The position numbers and the translations under genes were made by a program. 64,000 nt of DNA. Origin: Octopus vulgaris (Eukaryota). Where the stretch lies: the NCBI GenBank assembly GCA_951406725.2, contig OX597827.1, positions 6,758,001 to 6,822,000 of the forward strand. Reading direction: 5' to 3'. This document shows positions 28,011 to 41,015 of the stretch, in pieces. A model generated the notes under the pieces. The model saw nothing but the letters and a program-made list of their open reading frames with translations. It was not told the origin of the DNA and ran no database searches. Each line of letters opens with the position of its first letter. The stretch's first letter is position 1.

Positions 28011-28212
28011 GGTGTGTGTGTGCTTGACAACCGATGCTGGTGTGTTTACGTCCCCGTCACTTAGCGGTTCGGCAAAAGAGACCGATAGAATAAGTACTGG
28101 GCTTACACAAAATAATAAGTCTCGGGGTTGAGTTGCTCGATTAAAGGCGGTGCTCCAGCATGGCCGCAGTCAAATGACTGAAACAAGTAAAAGAGTAAAA
28201 GAGTAAAAGAGT
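27620..28212 (+). mobile_element. Two tandem SINE family A copies (3' half plus near full)
   Basis: 27620-27778 and 27800-28212. Confidence 0.88.
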
Positions 28213-28542
28213 ATACATACAGACATTTGTGTGTGTGAAGGTTTGTTGTTGAATCTGATCATTATGTTTATTGGTGTTAATGGCATGATGAAACAATCCT
28301 TTACATGTACAGAGGATTGGTTGTGTCACCACAAGTTGAAAAAAATAAATCAAAAAATTTTAAAGGCTTACACTTCAGAGAGAAAATTTCCCAAGTGTGG
28401 TTAACAAGCTATCTTTGCAACCATATGATTTTAGGTTCAGTCCCATGCAGATCCACAGTCTCACAAGACATAAGCAGACATAAGATCATAAGAAAATTCT
28501 GAGACTGAGTATTGGGATTGAACTATCTCACACCATTCTCAA

Positions 28543-28769
28543 ATACTCTTTTTACTCTTTACTCTTTTACTTGTCTCAGTCATTTGAATGCGGCCATGCT
28601 GGAGCACCGCCTTTAGTTGAGCAAATCGACCCCGGGACTTATTCTTTGTAAGCCCAGTACTTATTCTATCGGTCTCTTTTTGCCGAACCGCTAAGTGACG
28701 GGGATGTAAACACACCAGTATTGGTTGTCAAGCAATGCTAGGGGGACAAACACAGACACACAAACACAT

Positions 28770-28816
<47 letters not shown>

Positions 28817-28963
28817 CGACAGGCTTCTTTCAGTTTCCGTCTACCAAATCCACTCACAAGGCATTGGTCAGCCCGGAGCTATAGCAGGAGACACTTGTCG
28901 AAGGTGCCACGCAGTGGGAGTGAACCCAGAACCAAGCTACTTACCACACAGCCACTCCTGTGC
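28543..28963 (-). mobile_element. SINE family A
   Basis: Family match. Confidence 0.9.
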
Positions 28964-29294
28964 CAAATCTTATAGTTTGGTTAAATTTAAGAACAGATCT
29001 ACTTTGAATCAAAATTTATTTATTGAGTCATCCTGACATTTAAGCTTTAAAGAAAATAAATATTGAGAAAGATATTGGTGTGAGACAAAAACGAAAAAGA
29101 GAGAAGGAAGTCCAATAAAGAATTGAACAGACTTCCTCCTATAAATCTTCAAATGGTTTATTGTTTTATTTATCTTTTAATCAAATTTCCAATGTAATTT
29201 GTGTGTGTGTGCATGTGTGTGTGTGTGTGTATACATATATATATATGTATATAATATATATAAAATCATATATATATAAAATTATATTTATATA

Positions 29295-29335
<41 letters not shown>

Positions 29336-29576
29336 TACTTTTATATATATATGTATGTATATATAATACTTATATATATGTATGTATATATAATATATAT
29401 ATATATAAAATAATACCTTTGTATATATTTATATACTTATATACATATATATATACTTATATATACATACATATATATAGGTATGTATATATATAATACT
29501 TTTATATATATATAACATAATACTTTTGTATATATTTTATACTTATATATATATATATATATATACTTATATATAC

Positions 29577-29627
<51 letters not shown>

Positions 29628-29674
29628 CTATACATATATATATATACTTATGTGTATGTATATATATATATATA

Positions 29675-29860
29675 TATATCAAACGAATATAAATAGAAAC
29701 AGAAATATATATATGTATACATGTACATATATAAGTATATATCAAGTGTATGTATATATATATATATATATATACACATAAGTATATATCAAACGAATAT
29801 AAATAGAAACAGAAATATATATATGTATACATGTACATATATAAGTATATATCAAGTGTA
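29675..29860. repeat. Local tandem duplication (~110 bp period) in TA-rich DNA
   Basis: TCAAACGAATATAAATAGAAACAGAAAT...TATCAAGTGTA present twice. Confidence 0.85.
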
Positions 29861-30520
29861 TATATATATATATATACACACACACACAAAATTTTCAACA
29901 TATATTTTATTGTTTTTTTTAACAAAGAAAATATTATTTTTACTACTTTTTTGTATTTCACAAACGCCTTCTCTGCTGGAGCTGAATACAGAAATAATAA
30001 GACCTTTTGTTTATTTTTAGAATTATAGTTTTATTTGATGCTTTAGGTATTGATCTACATCAAATGACTACCATATTCGGAAGAATTTTCAACTAAAGGG
30101 TCTGTGGATTATTTCTCGGAGTTCTCAGCCTGGTAGTACTGCGAGGGAATATTGCTTGTTTGAAATCAGCTTTACAGGCATAGAAATACTACCAGACAAG
30201 CTTGTCCAAGTTACACACAAAGCAATGAAACTCTTCTGCATGTATCTATTGTGGTGTAGGAGGATGGAATCAGTTGTCAGAAGAGTTCTCAGTAAAAATT
30301 ACCAGAGTGGATCAACTTTTGCTTACCAGTAAAGGTAGGCAGTTTTCTTCTGCTTTGTGGCTGTGGCTAAGAGATTCCATGACTGAAAGAACTAGGGACT
30401 GATTTTTCTTTTTTGTTTTCTTTGGCCAAGCCATCACTAACTTCTCCAAGTTCCACTTGGAGAAGGTGTAAGTAGAAAGGGAAAAGTGTTGATCGGTAAA
30501 TTTGCAGAATGGTAGTTGGA

Positions 30521-30740
30521 AGGCAGCGAGCTGGCAGAAACGTTAGCACACCAGGCAAAATGCTTTGCGGTATTTCGTCTACCATTACGTTGTGAGTTCA
30601 AATTCTGCCGAGGTCGACTTTGCCTTTCATCCTTTCGGGGTCGATAAATTAAGTACCAGTTACGCACTGGGGTCGATATAATCGACTTAATCCATTTGTC
30701 TGTCTATGTTTAGCCCCTTGTGGGTAGTAAAGAAATGGGT
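30521..30740 (+). mobile_element. SINE family B
   Basis: Family match. Confidence 0.9.
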
Positions 30741-31074
30741 AGTTAGGAGTAGCAAGAATGGTCCATGAAAGTGGGCCTGCCTGCAACTTATGTCTGCAAG
30801 TCATACAAGGAGAGAGCATTTACATAGATAGTCAGGGTAATGTTGTGTCTGTGAGGTTCCTTGATTGAGTCTATGAGGCTCTCTCCCTACCAAAACTTTT
30901 CTTATGTGTATCGAGTATTCTGACAACATCATTTTTAATCATTCATTTGCTTTCATTGTAAACCTCTACACATTTTTGTAACCCATTCCTTTAATGTGTC
31001 CTCATCCACCTCCCTTGTTGCAATAACGGCATTCAAGGACTCTCTCATTACTTCGACAAAGCAAATCATGACAC

Positions 31075-31187
31075 AGGTATCTTCATTTGGGGGTCGATAT
31101 AATCAACTTAATCCATTTGTCTGTCCTTGTTTGTCCCTTCTGTGTTTAGCCCCTTGTGGGTAGTAAATAAATAGGTATCTTCATTTG
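31075..31187 (+). mobile_element. 5'-truncated SINE B with 15 bp TSD
   Basis: AGGTATCTTCATTTG at 31075-31089 and 31173-31187. Confidence 0.85.
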
Positions 31188-31534
31188 CTGAGCAACCTGC
31201 ATAATGAATATTACTATAGTGGGTGTGGTTTGTGCAGAACCACTCCCACTCTCTTGTCCTTCAGACTTGTATTGGTCTGGTGCAGCAGGTACTATGGCCC
31301 CATCAGGAAGTAAGATCTGTATGGCATTATCTTAAATTAGAGGAACAACTGAAGAGCCTCACCTACCCATGCTCTTGTTGGGGTGTCTGACAGTGACCTT
31401 CTTTTGGAGGCAGTTCTGTGATATGCTAATTAAACCTGACAGTGTAGACCTGGGAACAATAATAGCTAAGTGATGGTCCACACTCCTCAAAGTCTGGAAT
31501 GTCTGAACTAGGGCCTCATAACGATGCAGTTTAA

Positions 31535-31749
31535 CCCTTTCATTTCTGTATTTCTGTTGAGATGCTCTGTTTCAATTACTTTTAAATATAACAAAGAATT
31601 TAGAAAAATAGCTTAGTTATCATTAAGCTTGTGTTAGGAACATAAATTGTGACTAAGGTTTGGTGGAGGATTTCAATTCAGAACTTTTGAAAACAAGACA
31701 TTTGTACTAAGAGCCAGAACCAGTTTTACCCAGGTTGGTAATGAAAGGG
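31535..31749 (+). mobile_element. piggyBac-type MITE
   Basis: TTAA|CCCTTTCAT...ATGAAAGGG|TTAA; body matches 21410. Confidence 0.9.
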
Positions 31750-32206
31750 TTAAAGTAATACTCATAACAATGTAGCAATAACGAAGTTATGCTTGTTATT
31801 AGCACTCCAAAGTTGACAAGCTGAAGGCAACTTTACCTTTCAATATTATAAAGTACCAGTCTAGGACTAGGGTTGACTTAATTATTTAACCTCCCCAACT
31901 AATGATAAAGCACCAGAAAAAAAAATGTCTTGCAGTATTTTTTTTTTCTGGTTCATTACATTTTAAATTCAACTCACGATGAGGTGAACATAACCTTTCA
32001 TCTTTTGGGGTCAATAAAATAAAGTTTCAATGAAGAAAGGGAGAGGGAGTCAATTGTACCCCTTCCCTCAAAATCATTGGCCTTGTGCCTAAAAAAAAAA
32101 AAGAAACACTTATTATTACTGTTGTTGTTGTTGTTGGTGGTGGTGGTGTTGTAGCTCTTATTGACACTGAAGTTGTTGCTGCTACTGCTGCTGCTGCTGC
32201 TGCTGC

Positions 32207-32246
<40 letters not shown>

Positions 32247-32727
32247 ATTTTTATCCAGGTTTATTTGATTTGATTTGATCTAAATGTTTTCCATCCAGGA
32301 AATTCTTCTTATTCATACATATGTTGTTTTGTTTTTTTATAACTAGTTTTTAGGTCTTATTTTTTCTTCTTTTTTTTTTTATATTTTGTTTTTTACTTTC
32401 TGTAATTTTTATCTCTTTTTACACTGCTTGATTGATCTTCAGCTTAAATTTTTAGATCAATATTGTAATGATATCAATACACAGATGACTAAAATATAAA
32501 GCTCTATGTGTAAATACACATATATGCAAATGTAGACGCACATGCATATATAAACATTCCTACTCACATAGCATACACACACACATACACACAAACACAT
32601 AAATATATATGTAAATTATATATGCACTTATTTATAAATATATATGTATATACATATATACATGTGTATGTTTGTATATATGTGTGTATGTATATATGTA
32701 TGTATATATATATATGTATGTATGCAC

Positions 32728-32761
<34 letters not shown>

Positions 32762-33479
32762 ATACATACATATACATATATGTATGTATATAATATACAT
32801 TGACAGATAGATAAAAGGTGAGAGAGAGAAGGAGAAGGAAAGACAGGGTGAAAAAGTGTTGTAATAAATATATAATACAAAATATAAAAAAATGAAAGTA
32901 ATCTGTAAAAGATCTATTGAGGAAAATCAAATTGATACTTTGAGATATAAAATATATATATTGATTTTGTATGTAAATTTATTTATTATATTTTGCCTTA
33001 TAATTTATAAGATTTATACATAAAAAAAAGAAGGGGGTAGAATAAAGTGTATTTGTGAAGGTAAGTGTATGCATGTATAAATTTGCATATGTGAGTGAGT
33101 GTGTTTGTATGTGTGTGTGTGTGTCGGAGGTGGTGGTATTTATTCGATAAATCTCCTGTTAAAAAGGAACAAATGAAACTAGAATTCAAACACTTTAAAC
33201 ATTATTGATATCTCCATGGCTAAGCAATTGTTTATTTTTATTCTTTCAAAATATCATTTTACTTGAGTCATATCAAACAGGAACAGAGAAATTAGTCTAG
33301 AAATTGAAGAAAGTAGTTGTTTGACATCATAATATATTGGCATCTACCTTTACTTGATGTAAATCCTCAACTAACCGGTTCTAACATTTTTAAACCCTCT
33401 GATTAAGGATTATTTAGCCACTAGAGATAGAATCTCCAATTGCTGGTTGATCAGCAACTGAAAGAATATAAAAAAGAAG

Positions 33480-33887
33480 ACGCAGGAGTGGCTGTGTGGT
33501 AAGTAGCTTGCTAACCAACCACATGGTTCTGGGTTCAGTCCCACTGCGTGGCACGTTGGGCAAGTGTCTTCTGCTATAGCCCCGGGCCGACCAATGCCTT
33601 GTGAGTGGATTTGGTAGACGGAAACTGAAAGAAGCCTGTCGTATATATGTATATATATATATATATATAAGTTTGTGTGTCTGTGTTTGTCCCCCTAGCA
33701 TTGCTTCACAACCGATGCTGGTGTGTTTACGTCCCCGTAAGTTAGCGGTTCGGCAAAAGAGACCGATAGAATAAGTACTGGGCTTACAAAGAATAAGTCC
33801 CGGGGTCGATTTGCTCGACTAAAGGCGGTGCTCCAGCATGGCCGCAGTCAAATGACTGAAACAAGTAAAAGAGTAAAAGAGTAAAGA
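33480..33887 (+). mobile_element. SINE family A, full length
   Basis: Family match. Confidence 0.92.
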
Positions 33888-34739
33888 CAGTCAAATCTCC
33901 TTCGAAGCACTTCCTACATTCTTCAGAATACAGAAATATTTATAGTATAGCTAGCTGGGTGTAGTTTACCCTGGGCAATGCTTTTATTGGACAGTAATTC
34001 TGGGTCTGCTGTATAAGCCTGTATAACAATCATGAGCAAACTGCGGTCTGTGGGAATTTCTGAGTGGCATGCCTAATGCAAAACTATCATGAATTTGTTT
34101 TGGTAATACACCCGACCTGATGATGATCCATGTTTCATGGGGACTGCATCTCAATGAAGGTTGCCCATACTTGCTGTACAGGCTGTCCTGCAGGCAGGAA
34201 GGTAGGGGACAAACTCAAGGGCTACAATGGATAGTACACACTCTAGCAACACCACTGATGGAAGTATATATTGGGTGGTATAATTAACAATGGAAATTGG
34301 TTTTAAGAGCCAGATAAAAGCTAAGTTACATGAGGCTGAAGTTGGTAAGCTACCCCCATTAGCTTGAAAAGTAAAGGTATATTGTGCCATTCTATACCCC
34401 ATCATTTCCATCATGATACCTTTCTACTCTAGCCTTGGGGCAAACCAAAGCTTTATGAATGGATTTGGTAGACAGAAACTGAAAGAAGTCCAGCAGAGCT
34501 TGTGAGCTGAAACTAGATAAAAAAAATTCAAAAATACATATATATATATATATACATGCACAAAATATATATTTACATAAATATATAAATATATATAATT
34601 ATATAAATATAATTATAATAAGGGCACTAATAAGTAGCGCCACACACTAGAAGTAGATGCCAAATGGCTCTAAGAACTACATTGGCAAGTGGTGAAAGTG
34701 AGGGAATGAACAAAAAAATATTTTTTCAAAATGGTTTAA

Positions 34740-34794
34740 CCATAGATTGATTTCTAGTTTAGGGATGTAACTCCCTTTACTGTCTTCAGTATGG
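34740..34794 (-). ncRNA. Type I hammerhead ribozyme
   Basis: CCATA CTGAAGA c AGT aa AGGGA gttaca TCCCT aa ACT a GAAA TCAA TC TATGG; stem I CCATA/TATGG; stem III reads TCGA in unit 2. Confidence 0.78.
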
Positions 34795-35350
34795 TACAAC
34801 TCAAAGTACATAATTATAAGCATTTACATATACTCATATGAACACAACGCATCCACAAGCACATACACAAATGTTCACATATACAACCTAAATCTAATTT
34901 GTTCATTTCTGCCAAGTGCACATACAACCAAAATAATTTCTGAGTAAATATTATGGTTGAAGTGGTTTATATATATCTTTACAATCAAGGGTAAAATCTA
35001 TAAAAGATTTTATCAAGTTAGCATGTAATAAACCAAATAGCTAACAATTACTACAAAATATATAATTATATAAATATAATTATAGTAAGGGCACTTATGA
35101 GTAGCACCACATGCTAAAAATAGGCGCCAAATGGCTCTAAGAATTACATTATTTACCACACTGGCATGGGCTGAAGGCAAGGGAAATGAACATAAAAGAT
35201 CTTTTTTTAGATGGTTTAACCATAGATCGACTTCTAGTTTGGTACAACTCAAAGTATGGTACAACTCACCATGGTACAATGCAATTACATAATTATAAAC
35301 ATTTATACGTACCCATACGAACACAACATATTCACAAGTGCATATGCAAA

Positions 35351-35766
35351 TACTCTTTTACTCTTTTACTCTTTTACTTGTTTCAGTCATTTGACTGCAG
35401 CCAGGCTGGAGCACCGCCTTTTTAATCGAGCAACTCGACCCTGGGACTTATTCTTTTGTAAGCCCAGTACTTATTCTATCGATTTCTTTTGCCGAACCGC
35501 TAAGTAACGGGGACATAAATACACCAGCATCGGTTGTCAAGCAATGCTAGGGGGACAAACACAGACACACAAATACACACACGCATATATATATATATAT
35601 ACATATATGCGACGGGCTTCTTTCAGTTTCCGTCTACCAAATCCACTCACAAGGCTTTGGTCAACCCAAGGCTATAGTAGAAGACACTTGCCCAAGGTGC
35701 CACGCAGTGGGACTGAACCCGGAACCATGTGGTTGGTAAACAAGCTACTTACCACACAGCCACTCC
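35351..35766 (-). mobile_element. SINE family A inserted in pLTR unit 2
   Basis: Family match; host unit resumes at 35767. Confidence 0.9.
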
Positions 35767-36081
35767 ATACAAACTGAATCTAATTTGTTCATCCCAGCCA
35801 TGTGTGAACATCACCAAAATAATCCCTAAACTAGGAATTGGTCTATGGTTAAACCATTTTAAGAAAAATCTGTTTTGTTCATTTCCCTCACTTTCAGCCT
35901 GTGTCACTGTGGTACATAATGTAGTTCTTAGAGCCATTTAGCGTCTGTTTCTAGCATGTCGAGCTACCCATTAGTGCTCTTACTATAATTATATTTATAT
36001 AATTATATATTTAGTATTAATTGTTATCTATTTGGTTCATTACAAGCCGGCTACCTGATAAAATCTTATAAAGATATATAA

Positions 36082-36128
<47 letters not shown>

Positions 36129-36132
<4 letters not shown>

Positions 36133-36164
36133 CTGAAGATTACTGGAACGCCTTATGGTGTTTT

Positions 36165-36200
<36 letters not shown>

Positions 36201-36269
36201 TCCGACATATATCTGCTGTAATATTTACAGCTTTTAATAAAATGTTATAGTATGAAACAATTGTACTAA
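36129..36269 (+). ncRNA. Hammerhead motif with expanded loop II containing (TA)n
   Basis: TTAG CTGAAGA t TACTG...~100 nt...TAGTA t GAAA CAATTG TA CTAA. Confidence 0.55.
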
Positions 36270-37362
36270 ATTACCGGATCCATTCTTGTTGCTTATTTTT
36301 GATATATATATATATATAGTTCACAGATGAAATCCATATATTCTCTGGCTAGAAGACACTTAGTATTGCTCAAAAGATTCAAACTTAGACCCCAATGTCT
36401 TTACAGGGGATCGATTCCACAGGGTAAAGAAAGGCTATAAGAGGGATCAGGTTGACCAGGTATAGAAGCAATTATGGGGTTAAACAAATTAGGCACATCA
36501 AATATATTAATATATTAAATACATGAAATACGAAATATATATATGTGTATATATGCAAAATGTGAAAAAGCAATAGGTGGAAACTTTCAGATGATAAATT
36601 TATATGTGCAGGTAGATTAACAGGTAAAGTCGTCTTTGTATGTGACAGATGTGCAGGAACAATAAGCCCTAAGAGCACACAGGAATTAGATTCTTTCAAA
36701 TGCCCAGGAGGCTCCCTTGTGGTTGTAGATAGTTTCTGTTACCTAGGTGATCAAATTAGCAATGGTGGAGGATGCTCTGAAAGTATTGTTTCTAGAATAA
36801 GAATTGGGTGGAGGAAGTTCAGAGAGTTATTGCCTCTGTTGACAACAAAAGGACTCTCTCTCTCTCTCTCTCTCAGAGTGAAAGGTAGACTGTATGATGC
36901 TTGTATGCAAATGGCTATGCTCCATGGTAATGAGACATGGGCTCTGAATGCAGAAGACAAGCATAGACTGAAGAGAAATGAAGGTTGTATGCTCCATTGG
37001 ATGTGCAACATCAGTGCATGTATGACAAAGTGCAATTGTATTGAGAGAAACGTTGGGCATAAGAGGAATCAAATGTAGCATGCAAGAGAGAAGTCTATGT
37101 TGGTTAGGACACGTGATACATATGAATGAGGACAGCTGCATAAAGTGATGATCACTGAAAATGGATGGTACCCACAGAATAGGAAGACGTGGGATGAAGT
37201 GGTTAGGACTGATCTCAGGATATTGGACCTCATGAAGGAAATGACAATGGACTGAGATATCTGGTGATATGAGGTTTTTAAGTAGACCCACCCATGTCAG
37301 TGAAACTGAGTTCTAGAATCTCTGAGTATCCCACCCACACTTAACAAGAAAACTTCTCACAT

Positions 37363-37880
37363 ATTCTGGAGTACGGGATTCAAGCCTCTTCTCCTTATCT
37401 CCTCAAAGACATACAGCATCTCGAAAGAGTCCAGAAGCTGGCTACCCGCATGGTTTTTGGTCTCAAGAATTTGTCTTATGAAGAAAGGCTGAAGACGCTC
37501 AACCTTTATTCTCTAGAAAAATGACGATGCCGTGGTGATCTCATCCTTGCTCACAACATCATAAGCGGAAAGTGTAACCTCTCGAAAGAGCTGTTCTTCA
37601 CTCCTGCTCCAGAGCATCGGCTGCGGGGTCATTCCGAAAAGCTCTATCTGCGACGATTTCATCTCAACCAAAGGAGAGGGGCTTTCTCCGTCCAGGTTGC
37701 GGATCCGTGGAATAAGCTGCCGGACGAGATGGCGAAGATGCCGACGACCACTTGATTCAAAGTCTCCCTTGACCACAAGTGGCCTGAACTCTTTACATGA
37801 AAACCACCCTGTACATAACTCCATGTCCCCCTACATGGCCTTGCTTTTTGCTTTTTGAGCCAAAGAATTAACTAACTAAT
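37363..37880 (+). mobile_element. CR1-clade LINE 3' fragment nested in RTE 3' UTR
   Basis: LEYGIQASSPYLLKDIQHLERVQKLATRMV.GLKNLSYEERLKTLNLYSLEK*R.RGDLI...RGHSEKL...FSVQV..PWNKLP; tail (AACT)n. Confidence 0.9.
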
Positions 37881-38507
37881 ACAACAAACCAAACTACATC
37901 TCTACATATCTTTTCTTCCTCATATTTCCACTTCATGCACTTACGCTTACCTTCCACTTCCCAATACTGTCCTCTTGACCCTGTACCACGGTATCATTGC
38001 TCTCTGCTAGCCCCCTTATCTGTGTGTTCCACCCACATGCCCTGTCTCACTGTATCATTGCACCCACATGTAACAAGAAAACTTTTCACATATCCTACTC
38101 CAACAAACCAATCTACATCTCTTCTCTTCCTCAAATGTCCTCCTTCATTCCTTATGCCTACCTCTCACTCCCCAATCCGGTTCTCATGGCCCTCTACCTC
38201 TGTATCATTGCTATGGGTAGCCATGTATTTCCTTTGTGACAGTGCACCTGTTTCTATCTTCATTCCTGATCTCTCTTCCCCTGCCCTGGCTGGATAACCT
38301 TGTACTTCCTCTACAGCAAGACACCTGCTTCTACCTCTCTGACTCACTATAACCTTTCATCATCTAACACGAGGTCATCTCCTCCAGTGCCCCACTCGCC
38401 TCTCAAAAGATTTTTGTCCTGAAGGTTACTTGGGGAGCCTGTCAGTGCAGGTGCCACTTAAAGCAATCAGTCCACACTGTAAAGTGGTAGGTGTCTGTAA
38501 AAGTTCC

Positions 38508-38741
38508 GATTTCTTTACTACCCACAAGGGGCTAAACACAGAGGGGACAAACAAGGACAGACAAACGGATTGAGTCGATTATATCGATCCCAGTGCGTAA
38601 CTGGTACTTATTTAATCAACCCCAAAAGGATGGAATGCAAAGTCAAGCTCTGCGGAATTTGAACTCAGAATGTAGCGACAGACAAAATCCTGCTAAGCAT
38701 TTTGTCCAGCATGCTAATGATTCTGTCAGCTCGCCGCCTTC
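38508..38741 (-). mobile_element. SINE family B inserted in RTE 3' UTR
   Basis: TSD TGTCTGTAAAAGTTCC / TGTCTATAAAAGTACC. Confidence 0.88.
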
Positions 38742-39182
38742 TGTCTATAAAAGTACCTTGCCAAAACTGACCTCACCTGTGTTTCTGCCCCGTAAAAAGT
38801 ACTAAGTCCACTCTGCTGAGTGGTTGGTGTTAGTAAGGGCATCCAGCTGTAAAAATCCTGCCAAAACAGTCACAGAACTCTGGTGCAGGCTTATGCCTGG
38901 CCGACTCCTATCAAACCATCCCACCAATGACAGCATGGAAGGTGGACATTAAACGATGATGGTGATGATGATGATGAAATATATTGATATTTATATTAAA
39001 ATAGGTCCAACTTTACACACAGTACAAACAAACAATAGAGAAAATTAAAGGTGCGGAAGAAAGGTATGATAAGTTAAACAGCTGTTTCTGGGTGCTCTGT
39101 AATCCATAATAATATTGGTAGATTTAACTGATATGCCTAATTTGCTTAACCCTGTAATTGCTTATTTTTATATATGTATATA

Positions 39183-39860
39183 GGCGCAGGCGTGGCTGTG
39201 TGGTAAGTAGCTTGTTTACCAACCACATGGTTCCGGGTTCAGTCCCACTGCGTGGCACCTTGGGCAAGTGTCTTCTACTATAGCCTCGGGCCAGCCAAAG
39301 CCTTGTGAGTGGATTTGGTAGACGGAAACTGAAAGAAGCCTGTCGTATATATGTATATGTATGTGTCTGTATGTGTTTGTGTGTTTGTGTTTGTCTCCCT
39401 AGCATTGCTTGACAACCGATGCTGGTGTGTTTATGTCCCCGTTACTTAGCGGTTCAGCAAAAGAGACCGATAGAATAAGTACTGGGCTTACAAAAGAATA
39501 AGTCCCGGGGTCGAGTTGCTCGATTAAAGGCGGTGCTCCAGCATGGCCGCAGTCAAATGACTGAAACAAGTAAAAGAGTAAAAGAGAAAAAGAGTATATG
39601 TGTGTGTGTATACACATATATATTTGTGTGTGTGTGTGTTTTTGTGTCTAGATTTGTCACCCACCGTTGCTTGACAACCAATGTTGATGTGTTCATGTCC
39701 CTGAGACTTAGAGGTTTGGCAAAAAAAGATCAAAAGAATTAGTACCAGGTCTGAAAAGCAAATAAACATTGGGGGTTGATTCGTTCATTTAAAATTCTTC
39801 AAGGCAGTGCTTCAGCATGGCCACAGTCTAATGACTGAAACAAGTAAAAGATTAGAGATA
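39183..39860 (+). mobile_element. SINE family A full copy plus older 3' copy
   Basis: 39183-39595 and 39620-39860. Confidence 0.88.
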
Positions 39861-40021
39861 AAAATAGTATAAGTCATTTTGTCCAAATTAATATTAAAAA
39901 AAAAAAATAGAAAAACAAATGGGACAAGACAATCACATGTAGAATTCTTCTGATCATCGATCTCTGCTTGATCAGGGCTGAGTTAGGGTTAAGCAACAAC
40001 GACATAAACTATATTTGAACA

Positions 40022-40048
<27 letters not shown>

Positions 40049-40058
<10 letters not shown>

Positions 40059-40393
40059 TATTAGAGACAAAACCACTATTTTGCAAAACAAACAAGGAAA
40101 GACTTAATCAATACATAAAATTTTAATAAATAGTCAATAAAACCGCCCATAATTTGAAACTGACTTATTGAAGTCCACCTGAAGATTGTCGATCAAGACA
40201 AGAAACAATTGTAGTGGCGGTTTTATTGACTATTTATTAAAATTTTATGTATTGATTAAGTCTTTCCTTGTTTGTTTTGCAAAATAGTGGTTTTGTCTCT
40301 AATAATATTTTATAATATTTTACTATAAAATTGGATTTAATCCTAAATCTGATTTTTTTCCCTGTAAATTTGGATTTATTCCCTAATATTTAT

Positions 40394-40400
<7 letters not shown>
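40049..40400 (+). mobile_element. Penelope-like element: ~99 bp inverted arms around a hammerhead, in (TA)n
   Basis: 40049-40147 is the reverse complement of 40216-40314; tail related to 19081-19215. Confidence 0.8.
40175..40217 (+). ncRNA. Intact type I minimal hammerhead ribozyme
   Basis: CCAC CTGAAGA TTGTC gatcaa GACAA GAAA CAATTG TA GTGG; all core residues present; cleavage predicted after 40213. Confidence 0.88.
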
Positions 40401-40427
<27 letters not shown>

Positions 40428-41015
40428 TTCAGTCAGGCATTTTGAAATTTGCCAATATAAAATGATAAACTACCTAGATTCTCTAAAACCTTCGTGGTAA
40501 ATCAATGAAATAGAATGGAAAATAGTTCTAGAAAGGTTCACATAAATAGCAATTTTTTAATGCAATGGCTAGCAAAAATAAATGAAGGAAAGGAAAAGAT
40601 TTCTTCATGTTACAAAAATATACCTAATAAATCTTTTTCTAAGCAAAAAGCAATAACATTTGTCTTTAAGACAATTTAAAATAGAATCTCACTTTATCAT
40701 TGGTTTATATATATTTGTGTTTGCATACATTCATATCTACATATTTCTGTGTGTGTGTGTGTGTGTGTGTGCATGTGTGTGTGTGTGTGTGTGCATGTGT
40801 GTGTGTGTGTGTGTATGTGTGTGTGTTTGTGTGTATGCATATGCATGTATGAATGTGTATATATATATATATACACACATATATACACATACACACAAAC
40901 AAACATATATTTAAAGTAAAAACAAGCACTATTTCATTACCAATTCAAGAAATTAAGCAAGCTACAATACATACCTACATGCATATATACAGGAACAATA
41001 CGCACCTGTTTGTGT

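Larger units (their letters stand above)
34560..36070. mobile_element. Penelope-like pLTR array: two tandem units plus one inverted unit, interrupted by SINE A
   Basis: AAGGGCACT..TGGCTCTAAGAA..ATGGTTTAACCATAGA unit at ~34620 and ~35088; reverse complement at 35822-36070. Confidence 0.75.
36611..38976 (+). mobile_element. 5'-truncated RTE-clade LINE (RT C-terminus ~36611-37285 plus long 3' UTR ending in family C tail)
   Basis: ...FVCDRCAG...VVDSFCYLGDQIS..GGCSESIVSRIRIGWRKFRELLPLL..RVKGRLYDAC...MLHGNETW; frameshifted downstream; ends GGACATTAAAC(GAT)n. Confidence 0.85.

Noticed and set aside
29960-31520. Higher-complexity sequence, candidate exons
   Set aside because: Stops in the frames examined and no recognisable motif; probably decayed TE but unclassifiable by eye
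33480-33545. tRNA gene calls at SINE heads
   Set aside because: A/B boxes present but no cloverleaf, and they continue into SINE bodies
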